This document shows, one piece after another, positions 38,966 through 51,668 of a stretch of 64,000 bases of DNA. The number at the start of each line of letters is the position of its first letter. Within the stretch, counting starts at the first letter, position 1. The translations under genes and the position numbers were made by a program. The stretch covers positions 3,534,001 through 3,598,000 of the forward strand of contig CDPCPM010000275.1 in the NCBI GenBank assembly GCA_976551045.1. The letters run 5' to 3'. This DNA comes from Glaucostegus cemiculus (lineage: Eukaryota). The notes below the pieces were generated by a model. The model did not search any database, had not been told where the DNA came from, and saw only the letters and a program-made list of their open reading frames with translations.

Positions 38966-40282
38966 ACCAATCGTACAGGTCAATTCATTACAGAGTGCAG
39001 TTACATTGAGTTAGTACAATGTGCATTGACGTAGTAGAGGTAAAAACAGTAACAGTACAGAGTAATTTGTCACAGCTGCAGAGAACGTGCAGTGCAATAA
39101 GGTGCAAGGTCACAACAAGGTAGATCGTGAGGTCATAGTCCATTTTATTGTATAAGGAAATTGTTCAACAGTTTTATTACAGTGGGGTAGAAGCTGTCCT
39201 TAAGTCTGGTGGTACGTGCTCTCAGGCTCCTGTATCTTCTACCCAATGGAAGAGGAGAAAAGGGAGAATGTCCTGGGGGGTGGGGTCTTTGATAATACTG
39301 GCTGCTTCACTAAGACAGCAAGAGGTAAAGACAGAGTCCAAGGAGGGGAGGCTGGTGTCCACAATGCACTGAGCTGTGTCCACAACTTTCTGCAGCTTCT
39401 TGCAGTCCTCTGCAGACCAGTTGCCATACCAAGCTGTGATACATCCAGATAGGATGCTTTCTATGGTGCATCTGTAAAAGTTGGTGAGAGTCAAAGGGGA
39501 CAAACCAAATTTCTTTAGCCTCCTGAGGAAGTAGAGGTGCTGGTGAGTTTTATTGGCCGTGGCTTCTACGTGATTTGACCAGGACAGGCTGTTGGAGATG
39601 TTCCCAGGAACTTGAAGCTCTCAACCCTCTTGACCTCAGCACCATTGATGTAGACAGGTGCATGTACACCACCCCCTTTCCTGAAGTCAATGACCAGCTC
39701 TTTTGTTTTGTTGACTCTGAGGGCAAGGTTGTTGTCATGACACCATTCCACTAACCTTTCTGTCGCCTTCCTGTACTCCAACTCATCGCTGTATGAGATA
39801 CGGCCTACAACGGTGGTATCATCTGCAGACTTGTAGATGGAGTTAGAGCAGAATCTGGCCACACAGCCATGAGTATATAGGGAGCAGAGTAGAGGGCTGA
39901 GGACGCAGCCTTGTAGGGCACCAGTATTGAGAATAATTTTGCCGGAGGTATTGCTACCTATCCTCACTGATTGCGGTCTGTTTGTTAGAAAGTCAAGGAT
40001 TCAGTTACAGAGGGAGGTGTTGAGTCCTAGTTCTCTGAGTTTGGTGACAAGCTTACTTTGGATTATTGTATTGAAGGCAGAGCTGTAATCAATGAATAAA
40101 AGTCTAACATAGGTGCCTTTACTGTCCAGATGCTCCAGATCTGAGTGTAGGGCTGGGGAGATGGCATCTGCTGCTGACCTGTTTCGGTGATAGGCGAATT
40201 GCAGTGGGTCCAGGTTGTCTGGTAGGCTAGAGTTGATGTGTGCCATGACCAACCTCTCAAAGCACTTCATGGTTGTGGATTT
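38966..40282 (-). mobile_element. Rex1/Babar LINE, 5'-truncated
   Basis: ORFs 40001-40363, 39566-39967 (GALQGCVLSPLL...YKSADDTTVVG) and 39222-39503 (LTNFYRCTIESILSGCITAWYGN). Confidence 0.93.
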
Positions 40283-41629
40283 CACCAAACAAACACTTTG
40301 ACTGCACCAGCAGCACTTTGACCTCAAATAGTAGTTGACTGGTACATTCTGCTGGCTGATCATTCAAAATTATCCTAAGGAAAGCACATTAATTGCAATG
40401 AATCTATAGGAAACACTTTTCCTTGTTCAGTGGATCAATTTGAAGTACTTTGCTTTATTTCTGGTTCAGTGAGCAGTCTCACAACATCAGATTATTGGAG
40501 CAGCAGGGCCATGGTTGGGGATAGGAGGGTTCTGAGTTGGGATGCTAGGGGATGGAATCAGTTGAGAAGAAGGTTGATTCCCAATCTATTTGGAGGGCAT
40601 GGGGAGGCAGGTTCCGAGTCTGTTGAAGGTTTTGGGAGCCAGGAGGAAGTAGATGCAGAAGTTTCTGAGGTTTGAAGTTCAAGGCAAAAACGTCTGACAT
40701 CTGAGGATGCAATGTGGATGGCCAAGTTTGGACCTTGGCAGATATTGCACAACATTTATTTTTTGAGAACTATTGTAAGCTTTGTCTCTCTCCACCCCAA
40801 ACCCCATTTTCCTGCTTTTTGTGTCTGATTGTGTGGGTTAACAGCCCTAATTGCTGTTATCTGTGCCTCTTATTCAGTCCCATCTGTTCTTTCCCTGTTT
40901 TATTTTTGTGATTCTCATTTGACTTGCATATTCTAAATGGCAATTCCTTGATTTTACTTTGTACATCAAGAAGTATTCCGTAGTTTGACTGGTTAAGGAG
41001 ATGTATTGTTGTTTGCCCTTTTCTAAAAGGGCCCTGTAAAGGGTGCCACTCTTAAATGGATTTCTGGGTATCGTTGGATGAGTTCTAAAAGTTCACTCCA
41101 AGTCTGCGGGCAGCTTTAAGCTCCATAGATGATGATTGGTTTTTCACCACCAACACTGAAATCTGAGAATTTTTAAACTGAGGTATAATTATTGACTATT
41201 ACAGCAGGCAAACTTCTCTCCTCTTCAAGGAGTGTTCTGAGGAATTTATGATTCATCTTAAATAGTGCAACACCCCCTCACCACAGCAGTTAAATATAAT
41301 TAAAGGTTATATGGTCAAATCTTTGGAGTTTGGGTGCCTTGTAAAGTCATTTTTTATCTTGGAACAGAAGGCCACAAGATTAAATTTTTGCCAATGCTTT
41401 CCATGCACTTGCAACAGTTGTTTGATACTACCTGTGGAAAATTCTACTGTGCATACAAGGCCTGCAAATGGTGCAAGCCTTGATCACTTCAATAGACCTC
41501 AACTTGAAGTCTCATTTCCTGTCAGTTGAAATATATGACAAATGCTAGCGGCCCCTCAAAAGTTCACAGTATATCTCTTCCGTGCAGAATGTGAGATCTC
41601 TTCTCACCTTCTCCACCCCCTCCCCTTAA

Positions 41630-41889
41630 GCGGTTAGCGCAACACTGTTACAGCGCCAGCGATCGGGGTTCGATTCCTGTAGCTGTCTGTAAGGAGTTTG
41701 CACGTTCTCCCATGTCTGCGTGGGTTTCCTCCGGGTGCTCCGGTTTCCTCCCACATTCTAAAAAAAGACGTACGGGTAGGTTAATTTGGGGTTTAAAATG
41801 GGCGGCGTGGACTCGTTGGGCCGAAAGGGACTGTTACCACACTGTAAATAAACTTTTTTTAAAAAAATTAATTTTAAAATTTAAATTTA
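41630..41889 (+). mobile_element. Young V-SINE (HE1-like), slightly 5'-clipped
   Basis: Intact B box GGTTCGATTCC (41667-41677). V-domain ggagtttgcacgttctcccatgtctgcgtgggtttcctccgggtgctccggtttcctcccaca. CpGs retained. AT-rich repeat tail. Confidence 0.9.
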
Positions 41890-42254
41890 CCTCAGTCCTC
41901 TCTCTGATGACACCCAACTGCAGCTCTTATTTTCTCTTCGACCAAACTAACTCCACCCTCCCCCCACCTCCAAGTACTCCTTTACAGATCCTATCCCCAA
42001 CATTTCCCTACCCATCCCAAATGCTTTGATTGAGACCCTTTTCCCCAGGGTTTGATCCTCTCTCTGACATTCCCCTGTGCTTGTTACCACTGCCTGTCTG
42101 TCCACCATGTCAAGGAACCATCATGAATCCAACACTATAATCCTCACTCTTTGCTGCAGCTGGAGAAGATCTTTGGCGAATTCTAAAATCTTGGACCTTA
42201 TGCACATTAGCATGTCTGAGAATTGGCCCAACACAATTGTTCAGTCTGCCATTG

Positions 42255-42585
42255 TCAGAGTCACTGAAAAATACAGCATGGAAATAGTCCCATGCCTACC
42301 ATCAACCACCATTTTTTCCACTGATCCTACATTGATCCCATTTTATATTCTTCCCACATTCTCTTCAACATTTCACAGATTCACACTCTCACCTACACAC
42401 TGGAGACAACTTACAGTGGCCAATTAACCTATTAACCTGCATATCTTTGGGATGTGGGAGGAAACCAAAGCACCCAGTCACAAGGAGAATGTGCCAACTC
42501 CACAGAATACCCAAGGTAAGGATTGAGTCCAGGTCTCTGGTGCTGTGAGACTCTGACTCTACTAGCTGTGCCACTGTGCCACCCA
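42255..42585 (-). mobile_element. V-SINE (HE1-like)
   Basis: tctttgggatgtgggaggaaacc...ggagaatgtgccaactccac...tagctgtgccactgtgcc (reverse V-domain and tRNA head). Confidence 0.85.
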
Positions 42586-42587
42586 TT

Positions 42588-43213
42588 ATTGGTATTGGTT
42601 TATTATTGTCACTTGTACTGAGGTGCAGTGAAAAACTTGTCCTGCAAACCGATTGTACAGGTCAATTCATTGCACAGTGCAGTTACATAGTTAGTACAAA
42701 GTGCATTGAAGTAGTAGAGGTAAAAATAATAACAGTGCAGAGTAAAGTGTCACAGCTACAGAGAAAGTGCAGTGCAATAAGGTGTAAGGTCACAACAAGG
42801 TAGATCGTGAGGTCATTGTCCATTCATTGTATGAGGGAACCGTTCAATAGTCTTATCACAGTGAGGTAGAAGCTGTCCCTAAGTCTGGTGGTACGTGCCC
42901 TCAGGCTCCTGTATCTTCTACCCAATGGAAGAGGAGAAAAGAGAGAATGTCCTGGGTGGGAGGGATCTTTGATTATACTGGCTGCTACACCAAGACAATG
43001 AGAGGTAAAGACAGAGTGCAAGGAGGGGAGGCTGGTGTCTGTAACGCACTGGGCGGTGTCCACAACTCTCTGCAGTTTCTTGTGGTCCTGCGCAGAGCAG
43101 TTTTTGTACCAAGCCGTGATACATCCAGACAGGATGCTTTCTATGGTGCATCAGTAAAAGTTGGTGAGAGTCAAAGGGGACAAAGCAAATGTCTTTAGTC
43201 TCCTGAGGAAGTA
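42588..43213 (-). mobile_element. Rex1/Babar LINE 3' fragment, close relative of 38966-39545
   Basis: Nearly collinear with 38968-39533. ORF 42824-43063 AASIIKDPSHPGHSLFSPLPLGRRYRSLRARTTRLRDSFY. Confidence 0.93.
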
Positions 43214-43369
43214 TTGTTTGGGGTTTATTGTAGTAGGGTCATGGTCTTTTGTCTCAAAGGTGAAATTGATGGAACGGGTAGAAAAGGTCATCTTTATTCT
43301 TCAGAAACTTAGTATTGTATCATCCAGAAACTTAAAAACATTAAACAAGATAGAAAACAGTGGATCCCA

Positions 43370-43570
43370 AAACAAACTGGATGTACTTAGTAGGCAGAGA
43401 GAATAGAATTCATGTTTTAGATTGATAATCTGGCTTTACAGTAGTTCTAATGAAAAACCATCAATTGAAGCTTTTAAGCTATTTTCTCACCATAGATGCT
43501 GCCTGACTTGCTGAATATTTCTAATATTTTGTTTTATTTCATGTTTCCAACATCTCTGTATTTGCTGTTA
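43370..43570. mobile_element. Old copy of the foldback element family
   Basis: Right arm atagatgctgcctgacttgctgaatatttct...ttccaacatct. Centre ttctaatgaaa. Confidence 0.55.
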
Positions 43571-44238
43571 TGTTAAAGAGGAAGTTACAATGGTTATATT
43601 ACATGCATATCTAAGTGCTTTATTTAATATGCATTTTCTCAGCACTATGCAGAGAAATGAAGAATTATCTAACTCTATAAGGTTCTGTCATTCCAATGCT
43701 GGAGAGTAATTTTTCTCTGTGGTCTCTACAATATATTCTTTCTGATGGAATCCTGCTGCCAAAAGAAACTAAATTTTACAGCACAAAGCATGCAATAAAA
43801 TCTTGCAGACAATGTTCAGAACAAAATGAGTATGAGAAATGGAATATCAATATAACTCAGAGTGTAGTTATATTTGGCTGATAATAATACACTCCAAGCA
43901 ATGAATACTGTTGGCAAGTCATTTCCACTTTCAGGCAGTTTGTTTTCTTGGTAAATTAGCCAAATCCCAGATGGAATGTATATTATATCACCTCAGTAGA
44001 ACCCTGATTTCTGTTTCCCTGCCAAGGAATGTTGGGCATTCACATTGTGGTTCTCATAGTTCCTTTTCCTTCAGTAGTTTCACCTCTTCACTAAACCAGA
44101 TGAGGAAGAAATGTTTTCCATAAGAAGAGAGGGAGATTTGGTGATCTGTATTGACCACACTTTGTGTGCATGGTTAAGAAATGGGCTTAATCATTAATAA
44201 ATGTCAATAGAGATGACAAATGTTTTTATTTGCATTTA

Positions 44239-44240
<2 letters not shown>

Positions 44241-44269
<29 letters not shown>
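44241..44269. repeat. (AT)n microsatellite, about 14 units
   Basis: Read directly from the sequence. Confidence 0.97.
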
Positions 44270-44272
<3 letters not shown>

Positions 44273-45744
44273 ATGAAAGTTACTTGATACCAGTATAATG
44301 TGAGTAATCCTATTATATAGGACGAGAGCTGTGTCTTATCTGGAATACTTATCAAATAGAGGACTGAAATATTTTACTTCCCTGGGCTGTATGCATTTGA
44401 GCAAGAATTAGTATTCAGATTTCATTTCAAATTCCAAATAGGAATTTGAATTCTTCCCTATTTGAGGTACCAGTATTATACATTTCCTTTGAATTTCACA
44501 TGAAGCTGAGATGTGAATACGTGAAGATAATTGCTGACTGGATAACATTTGTCAAAAATAGGTATCGCTGTGCCTGAGAGGCAAGCGGCCCCAGATTGTG
44601 TCCTGCTGCGCCCTGTTCACGGATTGCCCTGACAGCCTTTGATAGCTCATTGATGAGTGGGAACTTGGTGGAGGCAGAGAATTCTCTGTTTGGAGATTTT
44701 AGATGTGGAAACGTCTTTGAGGCATAGGAAACAGGGCAGGCCATATATTTAGGGGTGTCAGAAGATGTAGGAGGTTTTGTTAAGCTCTCTTTAACAAGAA
44801 GTCAATAAGAATAGAAATACCACAGCAGATTTTAAATTAGAACAGGATAATTTAAAGTGTAATGTATTTCCTTGAAGTACCATAATAGATTGCACTTGAT
44901 TGCACAAAGCTTAAAAAGTGCAAATTACAAATTATAAAATGAATTGGTTGAGTTTGGTGTTCCCTTGGGTTCTGTCTCCGAGTCATGTGGTTTTGATCGT
45001 CTGAATTGTTAAGAACAAAGTTGCTTCTATCTCATTTTGTGCTGGCTCAATACGTTATTGACTTGTGGCTTTTTTTAAAATGTCTGTGGTTATAACTAAA
45101 AGGTACTGAGTATGAATAGATTAAAAAGGAATCATTTTGACTAATTATATATAAAATTAATTACAATGCATTCCTAAGATATAAATCTGAGTGCTTGTTT
45201 AAAGGCATTTACTTGTATGCAGGTAACCTTTTCAGCTGTGTACAGCATTCTGTGTGGTCCTTGAAAAGGGGAAATGAGTTACATATAAGTCTATGGGGCT
45301 TCGTGTGGTATTGAGTGCTAGAGCTGTAATGGGCTTCACATTCAGCAGCAGGAAGGCAGGCTTAGATTGGAACCGCATGCCAACAGCAGAGCCACCTATA
45401 GCGTGCTATATTTTTCATGCTGATATCCAACAGTCTAATACATTTAATCCAAGAGAAATGAATTGACTGTTTTGGAAGGATCAGAAATTCAGTCTCTGAA
45501 ATATTGCAAATATCAAATTGTGCAAGTGAAAATGAATTTGTTCCAAGTTTTTGGAATGTAACCCTCAATGGTAAAAACACAAAAGAAAGTAATAATAAAA
45601 ACATAGTTTTATTGGGTGATTTAAGTTGTGTTACTTTTTACCAAGCTGATATAATGCTTGATTAATAATCAGATCTAATTGTTTTCATTTTATGCTAACA
45701 AAAGATGTGCTTATTCCAATGAAAATTAAAAATAGTGATTTGCT

Positions 45745-46650
45745 AATAATCTGGTTTAGTTCAATATTCAGAAATTCGTATGTAATCCTGATTTGTTACA
45801 GTTATAATGTCTGTAACTTCAATGAGGCAGTATTCCAGCTAAAGAGGTTTAGACCTAAATAGTTGTGGCATAAAATATACAGCCCTGGTGGGACTTCTGG
45901 TAAAAAGAGAAAGTTAATCCTTCAAGATGAAAATTCAAAGATGTAATTCTGCAGAAACGTTTTTTAAGGAGTCACTCAATGCATTCAATTTTCCAAGAAC
46001 TTGTACCTCTTAAATTTTCAAATTGATTTTTAGCTGAAATTACATTTTTACGATCTTGACAACTGCTTGATTGAAAAATGGATATAAAAATTTATGCTTA
46101 ATGCTGGCAATATAATGTTTTTATTCTGAAGCAATATGACACACAGGAAGTTCCTAGTATTCTTTACTATAACACCTGTTTGGCTTAGGACAGAGAAACT
46201 AACGGACTCCAAGGAAGACTTTGCATTCAGTATATGCTTTCATATCCTACACCATATGATTCCACTTACATCTTTATTGCTTGTCTGTATGAATCTACAA
46301 TTAGGTTATGTTGGGACTATTTCAATGTGTATATGATAGGCTCCTTGATAGTCATTTACTTTTTCATGTAATTTGGCTCTAATCCATATTCACAATAGCA
46401 TTAAGTGATCCTGTTTTGTTACATAAGAAGATTGTAACATCACTCGGGCAGTTATCCAACTACAGAGGTTTAGACCAAAATAGTTGTGGCATACACTATA
46501 CAGCCCTGCTGGGACTTCTGGTGAAGAGAGAACGTCAAACCGTTGAGCTGAAAACACAAGGGTGTAATTCTACAGAAACCCATGATTTTTTTTTGAAAAG
46601 AGAAAATATACTTAGTTTGTTTTTCAAGGACTTTTACCCGTTAAATCCTC
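45745..46650 (+). repeat. Diverged local direct duplication (~45745-46017 and ~46368-46650)
   Basis: Shared core agaggtttagacc(t/a)aaatagttgtggcata.a.tatacagccctg(g/c)tgggacttctggt at ~45843 and ~46464. Confidence 0.9.
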
Positions 46651-47077
46651 AACCTAAATTTTAAAGTAGTTGGAAGTTGTTATCACCCAAGAGTAAACTG
46701 AGTAAAGGATTTTAAGTTTAATATCAAATACAGTCCTTTTACTTAGTTTACCTTTTACGAGTTAGAATCGTGGGAACTAGCATGTGGAATATAGTGTAAA
46801 TATTTAAAGCAATGCAAATAATCAGGGAATAATAAATACCTGAGAATGGTTACAGCAGAGTCTTCTAATTGAAGGGATAGAATAATAGAAACTTATAGCA
46901 CAGGAGGAGGCACTCTGGCCACCATTTTCTTGATTGCTAAAGAAGAGTTGACCATGGAATCCCACAAGTCTACACAACCACTCAGTGAAGTCATGGATGA
47001 TTCTGTGCTGTTGTTGTATTCAAAGTCCGGTTCTCTGCTTTGTCCTTATTGTCCAAATCATTCACAGCCTTGGATAT

Positions 47078-47610
47078 TTAACATAAAACAGTACAGCACA
47101 GGAATAGGCCCTTTGGCCCATAATATCTGTGCTAATCATAATGCCAAATTAAATTAAATCTCTTGTGCCTGTACATGATCTATATCCCTCCATTCCCTGC
47201 ATAATCATGTGTCCATCTAAAAGCTTCTTAAATGCCACTATTGAATTTGCTTCCACCACCACCCCAGCAGCCCATTCCAGGCACCTATCTGGGGAAAAAA
47301 AATCTGCCCACACATCCCCTTAAACTTTCTCCCTCTCACCTTAAATTCATGTCCTCTATTACTTGACATTTCTACCCTGGGAAAAGGTTCTACCTTATCT
47401 ATGCCTCTCATAATTTTATAAACTTCAATCAGATCTGTCAGATCTCCCCTCAGCCTCTGACACTCTAGAGAAGACAACATAAGTTTGTCCAAGGTCTCTT
47501 GATAGCTCATACCCTCTAATCCAAGCAACATCTAGTAAACCTCTTTTGAACCTTCTCCAAAGCTTCTACATCCCTCCTGTCATGGGGCAATCAGAACTGT
47601 GCACAATTGT
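47078..47610 (-). mobile_element. CR1 LINE 3' fragment
   Basis: ORF 47238-47531 GLEGMSYQETLDKL...RLRGDL..IEVYKIMRGIDKV. Tail aacataaaacagtacagcacagg. Confidence 0.9.
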
Positions 47611-47624
47611 TGACAACTAACTAC

Positions 47625-48410
47625 CCACTTCCTCCAGAGAAGAAAATTCCAATTATTTACAACCTCATGAGTAAAGAAATTCCTCTATCTTTCTATCCTA
47701 AAAGGCCAACCCTTCATCTGTGAGTGTGCTCTCTGGTTCTAGACTCTCCATCCTGAGGAAACAGTCTCCCAGCATCTACCTTGTCAATCCTGAGAATCTA
47801 TTTTGTCTCAATAAGAGAGATTCTCATCTGAGAATTCTTCATAGTCTAACATCCAGTGAATGCAGGCTGATCTTGCTTTATTTTGCTTCAAAGGACTATG
47901 CCCTAATCCCAAGAATCTAATTAATCGACAATGCACTAACTCCAAACAAGGATACTCATCTTAAATGAGGGGAGATAAACTGCATAATAATACTCCAGGT
48001 ATAGTCTGTATTTCCTGAAAGACTTTCTTACTCCCAGCTACAAACCCCTTACAATAAAGACCAGCTACTATTTGCCTTCCTTATTGCTTGCTCTGCCTAC
48101 AACATTGTTTTCTGTCTTTCATGGACAGCATTCCAAGATCCCTCTGTACAGCCATTTTTACTAGTTTCTTACTATCTTGTTCATTCACTGCTTGTCCAAG
48201 CACTTAAGGGTTTTGCCCAACCATCATTTCAGACCATCAGTTTCAGATAACTACCACCCTCTGGACTGAAATAAAATTCAGTTCCTCTTTAACCCTTTCA
48301 CCATCGTGTGGGAAGATAAGTCCTACTCACTCTATCTAGACTCTCTTAATTTTGTGTGTCCCAAATTAACTGTCTCCCTGGTTAGGTCTATTCTTCAAAA
48401 CAAAACTTCA
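47625..48410 (-). mobile_element. Older CR1 3' fragments
   Basis: gagtaaagaaattcctct...ctctggttctagactc...aatactccaggt...caagatccctctgtac are reverse-complemented CR1 RT 3' motifs. Confidence 0.55.
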
Positions 48411-48779
48411 GACTAGAATTGAATGACATTGATTTAAGTGAACTAGATGGGTTCACTTACCAATCTAATAACTGATAGCAGATGATATCTTCATCACTGA
48501 TGGCTTGCTATTCTAAATTATTCACTGAATTTCAATTCCACAGTTGACATGGTGGGATTTGAACTCTGGTCTCTGGATTTTTACCTTAATCCTCTGGATT
48601 ACTAATCTTGTAATTTAACAGCTGTGCCATCACTTGGCAAGCATCCCATTATCCTTCTTGATTATTATCTCAAAGGCACCCACGGTGGGTGCTGTATGGC
48701 CAGTAGGGCAAGGTCTCTTTCATCATTTTAATGATGCATGTGTATCATTATGTGTATGTGCATAAAATCCCTATGTCTG

Positions 48780-49432
48780 AAATGTGTAGAGGATCCTAAT
48801 GCATAATTCATAAAAACTTGATATGTATGTACAGCACATAGTTAGGAAAGTTAACAAAAGTTATTGTTTTTCATTATAGATACTGAATACAAAAATAGGT
48901 AATGCTTCCAAAATATAGGGCATTGGTGAGACCCTAGCTGGAATATTGTGTATATTATTGAATATTGTGTATATTATTGGTCCTTCTTTTCAAGAAAATA
49001 TGTTTATGTGTTGGAAACAGTTCACAGACTAATAGCTGGAATAAGTAGTTTGTCTTTTGAGGCTCTTATCTGATGGAGTTTAGCAGAATGAGAGGGGACT
49101 TGATTGAAACATACAAGATCCTGAGAGGTCTTGACAGGAGGCATCTGACATGTATGGGTTTTTTTTTCTTGGGAGAGAATAAGAGGACACACATTTAAAA
49201 CAGATGAATTTTTATCTTTAAGAGGGCCATGAGTGTTTGGAACTCACTTCCTCAAAAAGCACTGGAAGCTGGGTCTTTGAATAGTTTTGAGGCTGAGGTA
49301 GATAGATAATTGATAAGGTAGTGAAAGATTAGTGTGGATGGACAAGAATGCAGAGTTCAGGCTACAGTCAGACTAGTTATAATCTTATAAAATTAAAGAG
49401 CAGGCTTGAAGGGGAAAATAGCTTACTCATAC
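48780..49432 (+). mobile_element. Old CR1 3' fragment
   Basis: YRALVRP*LEYCV (~48914) and RMRGDLIETYKILRGLDR (~49085). Internal 19-20-nt tandem repeat at 48940-48979. Confidence 0.8.
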
Positions 49433-49494
49433 GTTTCTTCATATTTTTCTCTCAAACGGTCAAAGTTAGATGCCTGGGCATCATGTTGTATTGT

Positions 49495-49605
49495 CTTGAG
49501 CTGGTTCACATTTTCCTACATTACAGTTCAAAAGTTCTTCATTGGCTATGATGTACTTGGAGCTACTTTGAGCTTGTGAATGATATTATAGTAAATGCAA
49601 GTTCC
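49495..49605 (+). mobile_element. DeuSINE 3' fragment
   Basis: tttcctacattacag...ttcaaaagttcttcattggctat...aaatgcaag is antisense-related to 34200-34280. Confidence 0.55.
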
Positions 49606-49817
49606 CTACCTGTCAATCCATTCTTGAGGCCCCCACAGTAAGTCTGTTTTAAAAACAAATGCATTTGTTTAATTTAAGCATTTTAATTGGAGTGAAGTTC
49701 TCAGCAATACAGTTTTCTCTGAAAGGTATGTTAAAGTAGAAATGCGTTTAAATATAACTTCCTACTAATCAGTATCCAGGAATATTTAACAAAAATGTTA
49801 TTTCAGGTTGAATATTA

Positions 49818-51668
49818 AGAACATAGAACATAGAACAATACAGCACAGAACAGGCCCTTCGGCCCATCAAGCTGTGCCATCCTACAAACATCTCCCAAAC
49901 TAACTCTTTCCACCCTCATATCCTACTATTCCACATTCTTCCATGTGCTTATCTAACAATCTCTTAAACCTGTCCAACGTATCTGCCTCCACTACCACCC
50001 CAGGCAGTGCATTCCATGCACCAACCACTCTCTGGGTGAAAAACTTCCCTCTGACATCTCCCCTATACTTTCCACCTATTATCTTAAAGGCATGCCCTCT
50101 CGTCTTGAGCATCTGCGCTCTGGGAAAGAGGCGCTGACTATTAACTCTATCTATTCCTCTCAATATCTTAAACACCTCTATCAAGTCCCCTCTCATCCTC
50201 CTCCTCTCTAATGAGTAGAGCCCTAGCACCTTAAGCCTCTCTTTATATTCCATACCCTCCAATCCAGGCATCATCCTGGTAAAACGCCTCTGCACCCTCT
50301 CCAACGCCTCCACATCCTTCCTATAATGCGGCGACCAAAACTGAACACAATATTCCAAGTGCGGCCTAACTAGAGTTTTGTAAAGCAGCATCATCACCTC
50401 TCTGCTCTTGAACTCAATCCCTTTATTTATAAAAGCCAACATCCCATAAGCCTTCTTAACAGCCCTATCCACCTGCGAGGCAACTTTGAGTGAACTGTGG
50501 ATATGAACCCCCAGATCCCTCTGCTCCTCTACACTGCCAAGAACCTTACCATTTACCTTATACTCTGTCCTGGAGTTTGTCCTCCCAAAGTGCACCACCT
50601 CACACTTCTCCAGATTAAACTCCATCTGCCACCTGTCAGCCCATTTCTGCATCCTATCAATATCCCCCTGTAAGCTCCTACAGTCCTCCACACTATCTAC
50701 CACACCACCGATCTTGGTGTCATCTGCAAACTTACCAACCCATCCCTCCACTCCTTCATCCAAATCATCTATGAATATAACAAAGAGTAGAGGCCCCAGA
50801 ACCGATCCCTGCGGGACTCCACTAGTCACAGCCCTCCAATCCGAGGGCACTCCCTCCACCATAACCTTCTGCCTTCTACAGGAAAGCCAATTTCTTATCC
50901 ACACAGCCAACCTCCCCTGGATACCTCGACCTCTGACCTTCTGAAGAAGCCTGCCATGAGGAACCTTATCGAACGCCTTACTAAAATCCATATACACTAC
51001 ATCCACCGCCCTGCCTTCATCAAGCTTCCTCGTCACCTCCTCAAAGAACTCTATCAGGCTCGTGAGGCAAGATCTTCCCTTCACAAAGCCATGCTGACTG
51101 TCCCTAATCAGTCCATGACTCTCCAAGTGCTCATAGATCCTGTCCCTCAAAATCCTTTCCAACAGCTTACCTACCACAGACGTGAGGCTCACCGGTCTGT
51201 AATTTCCCGGACTATCTCTACTGCCCTTCTTAAACAAGGGAACAACATCCGCTACTCGCCAATCCTCCGGCACCATCCCCGTGGACAACGAGGACTCAAA
51301 GATCCTCACCAGCGGATCAACAATCTCCTCCCTCGCCTCCCGAAGCAGCCTGGGGAATATTCCATCGGGCCCCGGAGACTTATCAGTCTTGATACTACTT
51401 AACAATTTCATCACCTCCTCCCTCTCTATAGCTACATACTCAAGAATATTACCCTTGTCAGCACTCACTGTCACATCATCAAGGCCCCTCTCCTTGGTGA
51501 ATACAGAGGAGAAGTATTCATTAAGTACCTCCCCTACCTCTGCCGCCTCCAGGCACATCCTCCCACCTTTGTCCTTAATAGGCCCTACCTTTACCCTAGT
51601 CATCCTTCTGCCCTTCACATAAGAGAAAAAAGCCTTGGGATTTTCCTTAACCCTACGAGCCAACATCT
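49818..51668 (-). mobile_element. Young CR1 LINE 3' part: uninterrupted 588-codon ORF2 segment (full RT), 3' UTR and (TGTTCTA)n tail
   Basis: ORF 49900-51666 has KSPGPDG, NYRPVSLTS, QHGF, YMDFSKAFDKV, GVPQGSVLGP and FADD with no stops. Tail agaacatagaacatagaac at 49818. Confidence 0.97.

Noticed and set aside
41630-41700. tRNA gene
   Set aside because: A B box is present but runs directly into a V-SINE body, with no full cloverleaf.
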